Assembly (NCBI GenBank): GCA_047605205.1
Contig: JASGGE010000004.1
Location: 1,585 to 65,584 of the forward strand
Direction of reading: 5' to 3'
DNA length: 64,000 nucleotides
DNA from: Siphonobacter sp.
Lineage (GTDB): Bacteria; Bacteroidota; Bacteroidia; Cytophagales; Spirosomataceae
Shown here piece after piece: positions 1 to 9,919 of this stretch. Under the pieces are notes generated by a model. The model was not told the origin of the DNA. It saw only the letters and a list, made by a program, of their open reading frames with translations, and did no database searches. Numbering within the stretch: position 1 is the first letter of the stretch; every line of letters begins with the position of its first letter. Made by a program: the position numbers and the translations under genes.

Positions 1-1557
1 CATGCCCACTTTGATTGGCGTTTCGGTACCTGTTGCTACTTCTTTTGATACTAGATTTTCATAGTCCAGAATAGTTACGGGTTTTGAGCCAGCCACTTCT
101 GCAGGAGGATTATTGCGTAAATCGCTCATCATCTTCTTAATAGCATCGGCCCCTTCTTTGCCCTTTTTGGTTAGTGAAATAAGTCCTTCATAATAAAAGC
201 CATTTTCTGAATACATTTCCGTCAGCAGATCAAACAAGCTTAAGCCCTTGTCTTTGGCATACGCTGTTAACTCTGCAATCATAGCACACGAGGCAATAGC
301 ATCTTTATCCCGGACGGCATCTCCAATCAAATATCCGTAACTTTCTTCACCGCCGCCGATGAATTGCTCTTTTCCTTCCAGATCACGAATTACGCCAGCA
401 ATGTATTTAAAACCGGTCAGGGTATCGTAACATTTTACGCCGTAACGTTCACACATTTTGTTAATCAGGTCGGTCGTCACAATGGTTTTTGCAACGAATT
501 CTTTCCCGACCAATTTACCTGCTTCTTTCCAGGCACGTAACAGATAGAAGATCATCAAACTGGCCATCTGATTACCATTCAACAACTGCCATTCTCCCTC
601 CGCATTTTTCACTGCAGTCCCTACCCGGTCAGCATCCGGATCAGTTGCCATAACCAGGTCAGCATCAATAGCTTTGGCCTGATTCATGGCCATAGTCATG
701 GCCTCTGTTTCTTCCGGGTTTGGATAAACTACAGTAGGGAAATTACCATTCGGTGTGGCCTGCTCTTCGACAATATGTACATTGGTGAAACCGATTTTAG
801 CCAATGCTTTAGGCACCAGGGTAATGCCCGTTCCGTGAATAGGCGTGTAAACGATTTTAAGATCCTTTTGTCGATCAATCACGCCAGGGTTTACTACGTT
901 TTTTACAATAACCTGCTCGAGGTATTGCTCATCTACTTCTTCACCAATGTGTTCAATCAACTCAGGGTTACCATTGAAGTTAATATCATCCACTGACTGA
1001 ATGTTGTTAACCTCTGCAATAATGTTTTTGTCGTGAGGGGCTACTACCTGAGCTCCGTCATTCCAGTAGGCCTTATAACCATTGTATTCTTTAGGGTTAT
1101 GCGAAGCAGTCACTACTACCCCACTTTTGCATCCCAATAAACGAATGGTAAAAGATAATTCTGGCGTAGGGCGTAGCTCCTTGAAAAGGTATACCTTGAT
1201 GCCATTTGCGGAAAAAATGTCTGCTGTTACCTGAGCAAACTCAGGAGACATATTTCGACTATCGTGGGCAATGGCTACTTTGATTTCCTGGTTTGGGAAG
1301 CTTTTCTTTAAATAATTGGCCAATCCCTGTGTGGCTGCCCCGACTGTATAACGATTCATACGGTTGGATCCTACACCGATCAGGCCGCGTAAGCCCCCGG
1401 TGCCAAATTCCAGGTCTTTATAAAAGGCATCCGTTAATTCTGTTTCGTTTCCTTCATCAATAAGTTTCTGAACGGCGGTTTTTGTTTCAGAATCATAATC
1501 GCCAGAAATCCAGCTTTTTGCTTTCTGATGGATGATTGAATCAAGTCCGTTTGACAT
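1..1557 (-). CDS. pgm: Phospho-sugar mutase (phosphoglucomutase/phosphomannomutase), truncated by the window edge
   Basis: Manual translation from ATG at 1557: MSNGLDSIIHQKAKSW...LEFGTGGLRG...VVVTASHNPKEYNGYK (catalytic Ser loop), later ATDPDADR metal loop and GGEESYG. Not in the ORF track because it runs off the edge. Confidence 0.93.
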   Translation of the reverse strand, partial: MSNGLDSIIHQKAKSWISGDYDSETKTAVQKLIDEGNETELTDAFYKDLEFGTGGLRGLIGVGSNRMNRYTVGAATQGLANYLKKSFPNQEIKVAIAHDSRNMSPEFAQVTADIFSANGIKVYLFKELRPTPELSFTIRLLGCKSGVVVTASHNPKEYNGYKAYWNDGAQVVAPHDKNIIAEVNNIQSVDDINFNGNPELIEHIGEEVDEQYLEQVIVKNVVNPGVIDRQKDLKIVYTPIHGTGITLVPKALAKIGFTNVHIVEEQATPNGNFPTVVYPNPEETEAMTMAMNQAKAIDADLVMATDPDADRVGTAVKNAEGEWQLLNGNQMASLMIFYLLRAWKEAGKLVGKEFVAKTIVTTDLINKMCERYGVKCYDTLTGFKYIAGVIRDLEGKEQFIGGGEESYGYLIGDAVRDKDAIASCAMIAELTAYAKDKGLSLFDLLTEMYSENGFYYEGLISLTKKGKEGADAIKKMMSDLRNNPPAEVAGSKPVTILDYENLVSKEVATGTETPIKVGM

Positions 1558-1946
1558 AATAAATCAAGATTGTTAAATATGAGCTTACTATTAAAGAAAC
1601 CAGGAATCGTTTGGTCCTGAATTACAAAAACTGAAAATTTTCTTTTTGTACTAGTAAGGGGCTTCTTACTAATAAATAGGATACAATCTTACACTGATTT
1701 TTAGCAGTGATGCAAACAATTTCCACTTTCCTGAAAAAAATTTCATCTTCTTGAAATCCAGGGCTCTTCTAATCCCGTTTATATGCTTGAAATAAATAAT
1801 CCGAACCATTACTTAAAAACGGTCTTTAAAGACGATACACCCTTACCCGTATCTCTTTTTCCGCCAAACTCAACTTTTCAATCGAATTCATGATCTGTGC
1901 TTTCAAGCACATGTGTTTAACCCTTATCTTTTGTTTTTAAATCATT

Positions 1947-2900
1947 ATGGAGACTTCAAATCAAAGCAAATCATCGAGTGGCATCTGGGGTGCTGCTTTT
2001 GCAGTTATGTTAGCTATTTCTGGTGTTTTAGGCTTTTTGCTTTTCCAGGAAAAACAAGAAACGGATAAACAGTCGACCGAAATTAGCGTAAAAGCACGTG
2101 ATCTCGTCTTAACGCACACGAAACTCGACTCTATCTCCCGCGAGCTGGATGCGAAAATTGCTCAGGTACAGCAATTAGGCGGTAACATTGAAGAGCTGCA
2201 GCAATTGAAAAAGCAACTTGAATCAGACAAAGCTAATTTGCTAAAAACCAAGAATGTTTCAATTGCCAAGTACGAACGTAAGATTAAGGAATACGAAGCT
2301 ATTCTGACTCAGAAAGACGAAGAAATTGCCCATCTGCAGGAAGAAAATGGCCAGTTAACCAATCAAAACCAGCAGTTAACTCAGGAGAATACCACTATCA
2401 AGACTGATCTGGACAATACCCGTCGTTCGTATAGTGATACCGTAAGTAACCTGAAAACTGTAAATCAGGACTTGAATAACAAAGTAACGATTGGTGCTGC
2501 CCTGCGTGCTGAAAATGTTAAGGTATTAGCCGTCAATAAACGGGGAAAAGAGCGTTCTAATGACGAGAACGAATACCGTGGCAAACGCGTAGATAAAATC
2601 AAAGTTGCGTTTACGCTGGCTCCTAATCCTTTAACAAAAGAAGAGCAAAAAGACATTGTACTTCGTGTAGTTGACCCTGAAGGGGCTGTTTTATCAGATA
2701 CTCAAACAGGTTCGGGTATCTTTAACTACCAAGGCAAAGAAATGCAATATACCTACAAGCAACCGGTTAAATATTCGAACAATCGCCCTGTAGTAGAAAT
2801 GTTGTATACCCGCGGACAGTCTTACAAAAAAGGTAAATACAATGTTGAATTGTATGCCGAAGGTTTCAAAATTGGCCAGGGTGAATTCGTAGTTCGTTAA
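1947..2900 (+). CDS. Membrane-anchored coiled-coil protein with C-terminal beta domain (hypothetical)
   Basis: N-terminal TM (IWGAAFAVMLAISGVLGFLLF), ~150 aa heptad-rich coiled coil, beta-rich C-terminus ending GKYNVELYAEGFKIG. Confidence 0.75.
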   Translation: METSNQSKSSSGIWGAAFAVMLAISGVLGFLLFQEKQETDKQSTEISVKARDLVLTHTKLDSISRELDAKIAQVQQLGGNIEELQQLKKQLESDKANLLKTKNVSIAKYERKIKEYEAILTQKDEEIAHLQEENGQLTNQNQQLTQENTTIKTDLDNTRRSYSDTVSNLKTVNQDLNNKVTIGAALRAENVKVLAVNKRGKERSNDENEYRGKRVDKIKVAFTLAPNPLTKEEQKDIVLRVVDPEGAVLSDTQTGSGIFNYQGKEMQYTYKQPVKYSNNRPVVEMLYTRGQSYKKGKYNVELYAEGFKIGQGEFVVR

Positions 2901-2916
2901 CAATTATATAGCTGTT

Positions 2917-2952
2917 AACAAAAACGCCATCCAATTGGATGGCGTTTTTGTT
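2917..2952. terminator. Bidirectional intrinsic terminator
   Basis: aacaaaaacgccatcc-aatt-ggatggcgtttttgtt perfect inverted repeat between convergent genes. Confidence 0.85.
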
Positions 2953-2961
2953 GTTACTTTT

Positions 2962-4653
2962 CTAAATAATTCCTGTAATAAACGCAGTTACTTGCTTTGC
3001 GTTTTGCCGGCATTCTTCAATAAGCGGGTGCACGGGTTCATGCAGAGCACTTAGCAAATCCGGAATGGTTGCCTTTGCCATATGGGTAGCATCTAGCGTA
3101 TATTTTCCTTCTTCAGGATGATTTAATACCGGCACAGGCTGGATAGTAGCCGAACTGGTCAGGTTATTATATTGTTTCTTAACCGCATCAAAAGCTGCTT
3201 CAGTTGGCTCAAAGAGAATCTCCTGTTTTTCTTTTACCCTCAGATTTTTCTGTTCAATACTGCGGTCTAATTCGGCCAGCAGTAATCTGAATACTGCGGT
3301 AAATTTCCCAGTACGAATCCGCTCACGTAAAGAAAAACGAATAAAATAGGTTAAGGAATCCGTAATGTTAAAGCCAATCTCGGCCATTTGTTTAAAGATG
3401 AAAGAAGCAGGTGACATTCCCGGTAAGGTATTAGGGTCATGTAGGATAACATCTCCTTCGGGTGTCAGGAAACCATCAATTCGTACACAAGCTCCAAACC
3501 GGAACAAATGAAAAACTTCTTTTACCTGAGCATGTACTTTCTGGTTATTTTCCAGACTAGTGCGGATCGGGATGCTCTTACGGGTAGTATTTTTCAAGTA
3601 TTTCGTTTCAAAATCAAAAACGGTAGTGTCGTCTTCCTTGATAACTTCAGAAGGCGGCAATGCTAATGGGTTGCCGTCGAGATCCTGAATGACCCCGCAG
3701 CTAAATTCCTGCCCATTTACAAAGCTTTCAAAAAGTACGGCATCTTCGGCATGAATAGAACTTAGCGGGGCGGCTTGCTCTGTTTGAGTAAAGTACGTAT
3801 CCAGTTTTTCCCAAAGTTCTTGTGGATGATAGATTAACTCCCCTTCATTAAATACAACCGGAAAAGCAATGCCTTCATCTAGGTTCGCAATTCGTTGCAG
3901 GCGTTTTCCCTTTTCTTCATCATTGTAGGCAGCCCACTCGGCTTTCGTGATCTGTAGTTGAAAAAAACTCTGACGTACCGAACGTTCAAACTCTTCGAGC
4001 TCATCCTTACGTACGAATGTTACACCAATGGATGACCCCTGATGCGGAGCTTTACAAACAAATGGAATACCCACCTGAGCTTTTACTTCTTCAAACAGAA
4101 CGCCTTTATCAGTCTTATCCCACTGCTCTTTCGATAAGGAATAAATGCGTTTTTTTAATCCGACTGTACATTGCAGCAATTCGTTTTGGGCGATTTTATC
4201 AATTCCAATTCCTGAGCCCATCAATCCTGAGCCATAATAAGGAATACCATACCATTCTAACAATCCTTGAATGGCTCCGTCTTCAAGTTGAGGCCCGTGA
4301 ACAATCAGGAAGGCAAAATCAACGTATTGCTTGAGTTCATGTGGGTAGACCCGGGTACCCACTTCCGCAATCATGGCCTTTTCTGCTTCAGGAGTCAGGT
4401 TTAATGATTCTTCATATACTCGAAAAGGATATTTACCCTCAGATAAGAATGACTTGGGTGGATAAAAATCACGCAGGGAAGCGGCCTCCATGAATTTTGT
4501 ATCCAAAAGAATGAAATTACCTCGCCCGTCAATAAATACCGGAACGGGTGTGAACAAAGCCTGATCAAGTCCAGCAAAAGTTGTCTTGCTCCCCAGGAAC
4601 GAAATTTCCCGCTCACGGGCCGGGCCACCGAAGAAAATACCAATCCGCAGCAA
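2962..4653 (-). CDS. ddl: D-alanine--D-alanine ligase family protein, long variant
   Basis: FGGPAREREIS, HGPQLEDGAIQGLLE, KAPHQGSSIGV, FDFETKY, RIDGF and NTLPGM are ATP-grasp Ddl motifs. TTG start. Confidence 0.82.
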   Translation of the reverse strand: MLRIGIFFGGPAREREISFLGSKTTFAGLDQALFTPVPVFIDGRGNFILLDTKFMEAASLRDFYPPKSFLSEGKYPFRVYEESLNLTPEAEKAMIAEVGTRVYPHELKQYVDFAFLIVHGPQLEDGAIQGLLEWYGIPYYGSGLMGSGIGIDKIAQNELLQCTVGLKKRIYSLSKEQWDKTDKGVLFEEVKAQVGIPFVCKAPHQGSSIGVTFVRKDELEEFERSVRQSFFQLQITKAEWAAYNDEEKGKRLQRIANLDEGIAFPVVFNEGELIYHPQELWEKLDTYFTQTEQAAPLSSIHAEDAVLFESFVNGQEFSCGVIQDLDGNPLALPPSEVIKEDDTTVFDFETKYLKNTTRKSIPIRTSLENNQKVHAQVKEVFHLFRFGACVRIDGFLTPEGDVILHDPNTLPGMSPASFIFKQMAEIGFNITDSLTYFIRFSLRERIRTGKFTAVFRLLLAELDRSIEQKNLRVKEKQEILFEPTEAAFDAVKKQYNNLTSSATIQPVPVLNHPEEGKYTLDATHMAKATIPDLLSALHEPVHPLIEECRQNAKQVTAFITGII

Positions 4654-4826
4654 TGTAATATCAGTTTAAGTTAAAAGACCATCAGGGTACGATCCCTTTA
4701 CCGCCCGAAGTTACAAAGCCTGTGAAATTTGTTACGAAAAGTTTTCAGATGTATGGATATAAAAATGCCCCCAGAGTATAACTAACAATACTGCCGGAGG
4801 CACCACACAAATGATTAATTAAAATA

Positions 4827-5429
4827 TTACTGATGACGCACCAGCAGCTTTTTCGTTGCCAGTGTTTTTCCTTCAATAGATAACTGGTAGAAATACATAT
4901 TATTAGGAAGGTTCGCCACCGTTATTTTATGACGGTGTTCAGAACGATCCAAAGTAAAATCCCCCATTTGCATGCCTAGTGGGCTGTAGAGCGTGATTTT
5001 AGCATTTGTCACGTCTGAAGACAGATTGTAATCTATATATACGTAATCATTGGCCGGATTAGGATATAAGTTCGAAACCGAAATTTTATCACTGATATAC
5101 ATCCGATCAATGTTCAAATTCGTATCTTCCTCAACGCGGCTAAGCTCTGTACTAGCCGAAGCTACACTTTGTTCGTTCGTTTTTTGCTTGGTTCCCTGTC
5201 TGGCAATCGTACGAAAATATTCATTGACCGCCGTTGAACGGTTGAGCTTTACTTCACGGGTTGCTTGTGTTTTTGCTAATACAAATGGGCTTAGGCGAGT
5301 AGTGGTTTTTGCTTTAGGCTTAATATCCAATCTACTACGCTTGGGTTCACTCTGGGCAGCTGCTTGTTCTGCCCCTAAAAGGGTCAGTAGCAGAGTGATA
5401 CCAAACAAAAAAAGTATAGTGTGTTTCAT
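4827..5429 (-). CDS. Secreted protein with T9SS type A C-terminal sorting domain
   Basis: Signal peptide from MKHTILF (ATG 5429, preferred over 5513). CTD pattern NLYPNPAND...LPNNMYFYQL...TKKLLVRH. Confidence 0.85.
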   Translation of the reverse strand: MKHTILFLFGITLLLTLLGAEQAAAQSEPKRSRLDIKPKAKTTTRLSPFVLAKTQATREVKLNRSTAVNEYFRTIARQGTKQKTNEQSVASASTELSRVEEDTNLNIDRMYISDKISVSNLYPNPANDYVYIDYNLSSDVTNAKITLYSPLGMQMGDFTLDRSEHRHKITVANLPNNMYFYQLSIEGKTLATKKLLVRHQ

Positions 5430-5605
5430 ATAAATTTTTACTGAGAATATAGCTGCCTGTTGAACTAGAAAACAAATGTAGGCAGATATGATTGATAACC
5501 AAGTTTTTAACAAGCTTTAACATTCAATTCCTGAGCGACCGGTCTGTTTTTTTCAGTTTAGTGCTCAAAAAATTATGCCAAAACGTACAATAAAAAGACT
5601 CCTTT

Positions 5606-7219
5606 CTAATTATTACTCTTCTTGTCCTTCAATACCTCTATACGTGTTATAGGCTGAGAGCGTGGCAAAAGTTTACTGTTTTTATCTATTCTTAATACTT
5701 TTGCTCTAGTGGGCCGATCTTTACTTCGCCAGATAAAGCCATCCAGCTCACGGTTATCAGTATTGACATCTTTAGGCGGCCGCAAAACTCCATCCGGGCT
5801 TCCTAAAAAGGCAATCTGCTTTACCTGATTATTTTTAAAGTGCAGTCGCATTTTTGCTGCCTGCACGTAATTCATTCCAATAGTTTTTTTGTCTTCCTTT
5901 CGGGCAAAATAAATACTTTCTCCGTTCCCCTCTACTAACGTTGTATTTAGCTGGCCTTCGGCGTCAAACCGTACGGTAATATGCCTTCCTTTAACCTGAT
6001 TAAATAATTCCAGTGTATCACGAGCAATTACAAATGCTCTGCGATTCAGGTACATCGTTCGTAACTTATTATTAACCATTTTAGCGAAAATGGTATCTGC
6101 CTCTGACTGATTCTGATTATTCCAGAGCACTGGTTTTTTATAAAAGCTAATCAGTGAATCGGCCATATTATAGACAAGCGAATCACACTTACCCTGCATA
6201 TCCGTTCGGAAAAGCAAGACGTTTTTAATAGCCGTAAGCCGTTGTGTTGTATCTTTCAGCCCTCGAATTTCTTCAGATATTAAGGTGTCGGCAGACAAAA
6301 AGAGGGTATCCTTTACAAAAAATTTTTGCATAACCGCATCACCATATATTCTGGATATCCCCGTTTTACCGTAATATCGACCTATTTGACCGATTAATAA
6401 CACACTGTCTTTTTTAGATATCATCACAACATTTCCACGAGCAATCCCGATTTGAGTTGGGGTGTCGTAAAAAAGGGTATCTCCAATCAATTCATAATTG
6501 GGTGTTTTTACGGTTGATCGACCAAGAAAATTGGAAATACGGGTATTGAGGTTGTAAGAACCTGACTTAGTTAACAAGGTATCTTTAGGGGCCGTGGGTT
6601 CTTTTTTCTTGGATATAATTTTAGTAGGGGCAATAAAGTATACGTCTTTTGACAGGGTACTATACCTGAGCGAATCAGCATATAAGTCCGTCTCCGGACT
6701 ATTGACTTTTACATTCTTATAAAAATTAAAAAGTTTTGTCTGGGTGTTGTAATAGCCTTCTTTGCTAACGAGCGTAGTTTTTTTATCATATACCGTACCA
6801 CCAACATTATAACTGGCTATTCGGGTATTCATGTCATAGTCCAGTCGGCGTGTTTTCAGGGTAGAGACTTTGTCATTCAGAATTACCGTACGGCCCGTTA
6901 CCTTTGCCAAACGCGTAGTGGCAAAATACATGGCGGTGTCTCCAGTTAGTGTTAGGCTATCTCCCTGTAGAATTTTTACATTGCCATAAGCCTCCACTAC
7001 ATTGATCAGATCGTTCTTTTTCGCGAAATGGCATAATAAAATGACGTTACCCTGACGCAACCGCACATTTCCCTGTAGAAATGTTGAACCAATTGTTTGA
7101 TCTACCCAAAGCGAATCAGAATGATCAATATCTACAATTTTGGGGGCAGGGGTTTGTCCCCAACCCAACAGAGGAAGGAATAAAAGAAATCCCAGGAAGT
7201 AGCGTTGCCAGCGTTTCAT
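5606..7219 (-). CDS. OstA/LptA-like beta-jellyroll protein
   Basis: Signal peptide MKRWQRY..., repeated OstA-like motifs (GNVRLRQG, AYGNVKI, LYADSL, GKCDSL). Start 7219 is supported by TAGTTTTG on the minus strand at 7235-7242. Confidence 0.8.
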   Translation of the reverse strand: MKRWQRYFLGFLLFLPLLGWGQTPAPKIVDIDHSDSLWVDQTIGSTFLQGNVRLRQGNVILLCHFAKKNDLINVVEAYGNVKILQGDSLTLTGDTAMYFATTRLAKVTGRTVILNDKVSTLKTRRLDYDMNTRIASYNVGGTVYDKKTTLVSKEGYYNTQTKLFNFYKNVKVNSPETDLYADSLRYSTLSKDVYFIAPTKIISKKKEPTAPKDTLLTKSGSYNLNTRISNFLGRSTVKTPNYELIGDTLFYDTPTQIGIARGNVVMISKKDSVLLIGQIGRYYGKTGISRIYGDAVMQKFFVKDTLFLSADTLISEEIRGLKDTTQRLTAIKNVLLFRTDMQGKCDSLVYNMADSLISFYKKPVLWNNQNQSEADTIFAKMVNNKLRTMYLNRRAFVIARDTLELFNQVKGRHITVRFDAEGQLNTTLVEGNGESIYFARKEDKKTIGMNYVQAAKMRLHFKNNQVKQIAFLGSPDGVLRPPKDVNTDNRELDGFIWRSKDRPTRAKVLRIDKNSKLLPRSQPITRIEVLKDKKSNN

Positions 7220-7255
7220 ATTCAAATTGTACCACAAAACTAACCATTCCCAATT

Positions 7256-8587
7256 GTGCTTACCGAATTTTTAGCATTCATTAACGCAAAGCAACTCTGT
7301 AGGCCAACGGATCGTCTGCTTGTGGCTGTCAGTGGTGGGTTAGATTCGGTAGTGTTAACCGAACTGGTGCATCAGGCTGGTTTCAGCTTTGGTATCGCTC
7401 ACGTAAATTTTCAGCTTCGGGATGAAGAATCAAATCGGGATGAAGCTTTTGTTCGGAATCTGGCCACTCATTATCAGGTGCCCTTATTCGTTCAATATTT
7501 TGATACAAAGGTAATTGCTAAACAAAAAAAACTTTCCACTCAATTAACGGCCCGTGCTTTACGCTATGAATGGTTTGAGCATATTCGCCAGCAGGAACAA
7601 TTTGATTTTCTGGTAACGGCTCACCACCTGTCCGACTCTTTTGAAACGGTTCTTCTGAATCTTACCAAAGGAACTGGCATTGCCGGATTACGAGGTATTC
7701 CAGCTCGTAATGGTTCTATCATCCGTCCTTTGTTGTTTGCCCGTCGGGAACAGTTATTCTCCTTTTCTCAGGAACAACACTTAGCCTGGGTAGAGGACTC
7801 CAGTAATGCAACGGAGCATTATCAACGAAACCGCATTCGTCATCAGGTTATTCCAGTACTCAAAACCATCAATCCAAATCTGGAAACTACGTTCCGGGCC
7901 ACTCAGGAACGACTAGAAATGACCGAACGCTGGCTCCGAAACAGTTTGCAACCCTTGCGTGACGTACTGGAACAAACCGGGGAATTACCTTTTCGAGTGC
8001 TTGATTCGCTTTCAGAACCCCTATTGGCATTCTCAGAATTACTTCGTCCTTACGGATTTTCGTATGATCAGTGCAAGGCTATCCTTGAAAAACCACCTTT
8101 ACGGGCCGGAGGACACTATTCTTCAGCCACTCATCGGCTTGTACGCGAGCGGGAAAGCTGGCAGCTGGCGTTGCTAAAAACGGATGAATTGACTTCTTTT
8201 TCCATTTTAAAAGATCAATCTGTACTACATACTCAAACTCTACAGCTTACCGTAAATCCGTTCGAAAATAAACTCACTTCATTTTCAACTGATCAATCTT
8301 TATTATTGGTTGATACTCAAACATTAGCATTTCCCTTAACCCTTCGCCCCTGGCAGGCAGGCGACTGGTTTTGCCCTTTAGGAATGAAAGGAAAAAGGCA
8401 AAAAGTGAGTGATTTTCTAATTAATCAGAAGATTTCTATTCTCGAGAAAGAACAAATTTGGGTGTTAGAATCACAGGGAAGCATTGTATGGATTGTCGGA
8501 TATCGTGGAGATGATCGCTTCAAAATTACTGACACTACTCGTGAAATCACACAGTTTAAGGTCGAGCAAACCGCTAAAAAACGGTAA
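7256..8587 (+). CDS. tilS: tRNA(Ile)-lysidine synthetase
   Basis: PP-loop AVSGGLDS, TAHHLSD, IRPLL, WVEDSSN, RNRIRH and TilS C-terminal domain. Confidence 0.95.
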   Translation: MLTEFLAFINAKQLCRPTDRLLVAVSGGLDSVVLTELVHQAGFSFGIAHVNFQLRDEESNRDEAFVRNLATHYQVPLFVQYFDTKVIAKQKKLSTQLTARALRYEWFEHIRQQEQFDFLVTAHHLSDSFETVLLNLTKGTGIAGLRGIPARNGSIIRPLLFARREQLFSFSQEQHLAWVEDSSNATEHYQRNRIRHQVIPVLKTINPNLETTFRATQERLEMTERWLRNSLQPLRDVLEQTGELPFRVLDSLSEPLLAFSELLRPYGFSYDQCKAILEKPPLRAGGHYSSATHRLVRERESWQLALLKTDELTSFSILKDQSVLHTQTLQLTVNPFENKLTSFSTDQSLLLVDTQTLAFPLTLRPWQAGDWFCPLGMKGKRQKVSDFLINQKISILEKEQIWVLESQGSIVWIVGYRGDDRFKITDTTREITQFKVEQTAKKR

Positions 8588-8647
8588 TCCCGGCATTTTT
8601 CTGATGCTTTTTTGTACTTTGGCTGTCTAATCTAAACCTCTGGTCTT

Positions 8648-9808
8648 ATGTTCCAACTCCGCTTTGCGGCGGCGGGCTTCCTGCTTAGCCTGGCCCTGGC
8701 TTCCTGCCATAATTCAGACAAAACCGCCACGGCATACAAAGATTCAACCATGACTTCTTCCATTACCCAAACTGTCTTTGGCTCAGTAGATGGCCAGGCG
8801 GTTGATTTGTATACCCTTCGCAATAAAGAAGGAATGACTGTAAAAATCACAAATTACGGGGGCATAATCACCAGCATAGAAGTGCCTGATAAAGAGGGAA
8901 ATATGGGCGACATCGTCCTGGGATTCGACTCACTTTCTGGTTATTTGCAGGAAGTACCTTACTTCGGAGCCCTGATTGGCCGGTACGGCAACCGCATTGG
9001 AAAAGGCCAATTTACGCTAGATGGCAAAACCTATAAACTCCCGGTTAATAATGGCCCGAATTCTCTTCATGGGGGCGTGAAAGGCTTTGACAAAAAAGTA
9101 TGGGCAGCTGAAGAAGTACAAACGGATTCGACCGTTGGGTTAAAATTAAAATTAACCAGTCCCGATGGAGATCAGGGCTATCCGGGCACTTTACAGGTTA
9201 CGGTTACCTATACGCTTTCTAACGATAATGCTCTGAAAATTAACTATGAAGCCACTACCGATAAAGCAACAGTTATAAACCTGACCAACCACACGTATTT
9301 CAACCTTAACGAAGGCAAGCAGGATGTTTTGGCTCATGAAGTTCAACTAGATGCCAGTCGCTTTGTTCCGGTTAGTGAAACCTTGATTCCAACGGGTAAG
9401 CTTCAGGAAGTAAAAGGCACCCCTTTTGATTTCACCAAATCAAAAGCCATTGGTAAAGAAATTAACGATTCTACCGACGTACAAATCAAAAACGGCGGTG
9501 GATATGATCACTGCTGGATCTTTGATCAAGTTGGAAAAAATCCCGTTGCTCATGTATATGATCCGGCAAGTGGGCGTACCATTGAAATGACCACTACCGA
9601 ACCTGCCGTACAATTCTATTCAGGCAATTTTCTGGACGGAAAACTATCCGGCAAAAACATGGTGAACTATAAAAAACGCTGGGGATTTTGTCTGGAAACA
9701 GAACATTATCCTGATTCGCCCAACCAGCCTGCCTTCCCAAGTACCATTTTGAAACCAGGTGAAACCTATACCAGTTCTACGGTATATCATTTCTCAGTTA
9801 AGAAGTAG
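8648..9808 (+). CDS. galM: Aldose 1-epimerase (galactose mutarotase), lipoprotein
   Basis: GRYGNRI, NSLHGG, NLTNHTYFNL, GYDH, CLETEHYPD; lipobox LASC. Confidence 0.93.
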   Translation: MFQLRFAAAGFLLSLALASCHNSDKTATAYKDSTMTSSITQTVFGSVDGQAVDLYTLRNKEGMTVKITNYGGIITSIEVPDKEGNMGDIVLGFDSLSGYLQEVPYFGALIGRYGNRIGKGQFTLDGKTYKLPVNNGPNSLHGGVKGFDKKVWAAEEVQTDSTVGLKLKLTSPDGDQGYPGTLQVTVTYTLSNDNALKINYEATTDKATVINLTNHTYFNLNEGKQDVLAHEVQLDASRFVPVSETLIPTGKLQEVKGTPFDFTKSKAIGKEINDSTDVQIKNGGGYDHCWIFDQVGKNPVAHVYDPASGRTIEMTTTEPAVQFYSGNFLDGKLSGKNMVNYKKRWGFCLETEHYPDSPNQPAFPSTILKPGETYTSSTVYHFSVKK

Positions 9809-9919
9809 TTACTGCTTCGGCATCATTTCTTCGGGTTTTCAATACTCCCCTCACATATTTAACTTAGAAAAGTGCTTGCATGTTATTTGTAATACACATT
9901 CTCAAACGACTTTAGCTCT

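Noticed and set aside
775-996. 73-aa plus-strand ORF, and the many other short ORFs antisense or out of frame within long genes
   Set aside because: They are shadows of well-supported genes (here pgm on the minus strand) and show no motifs.
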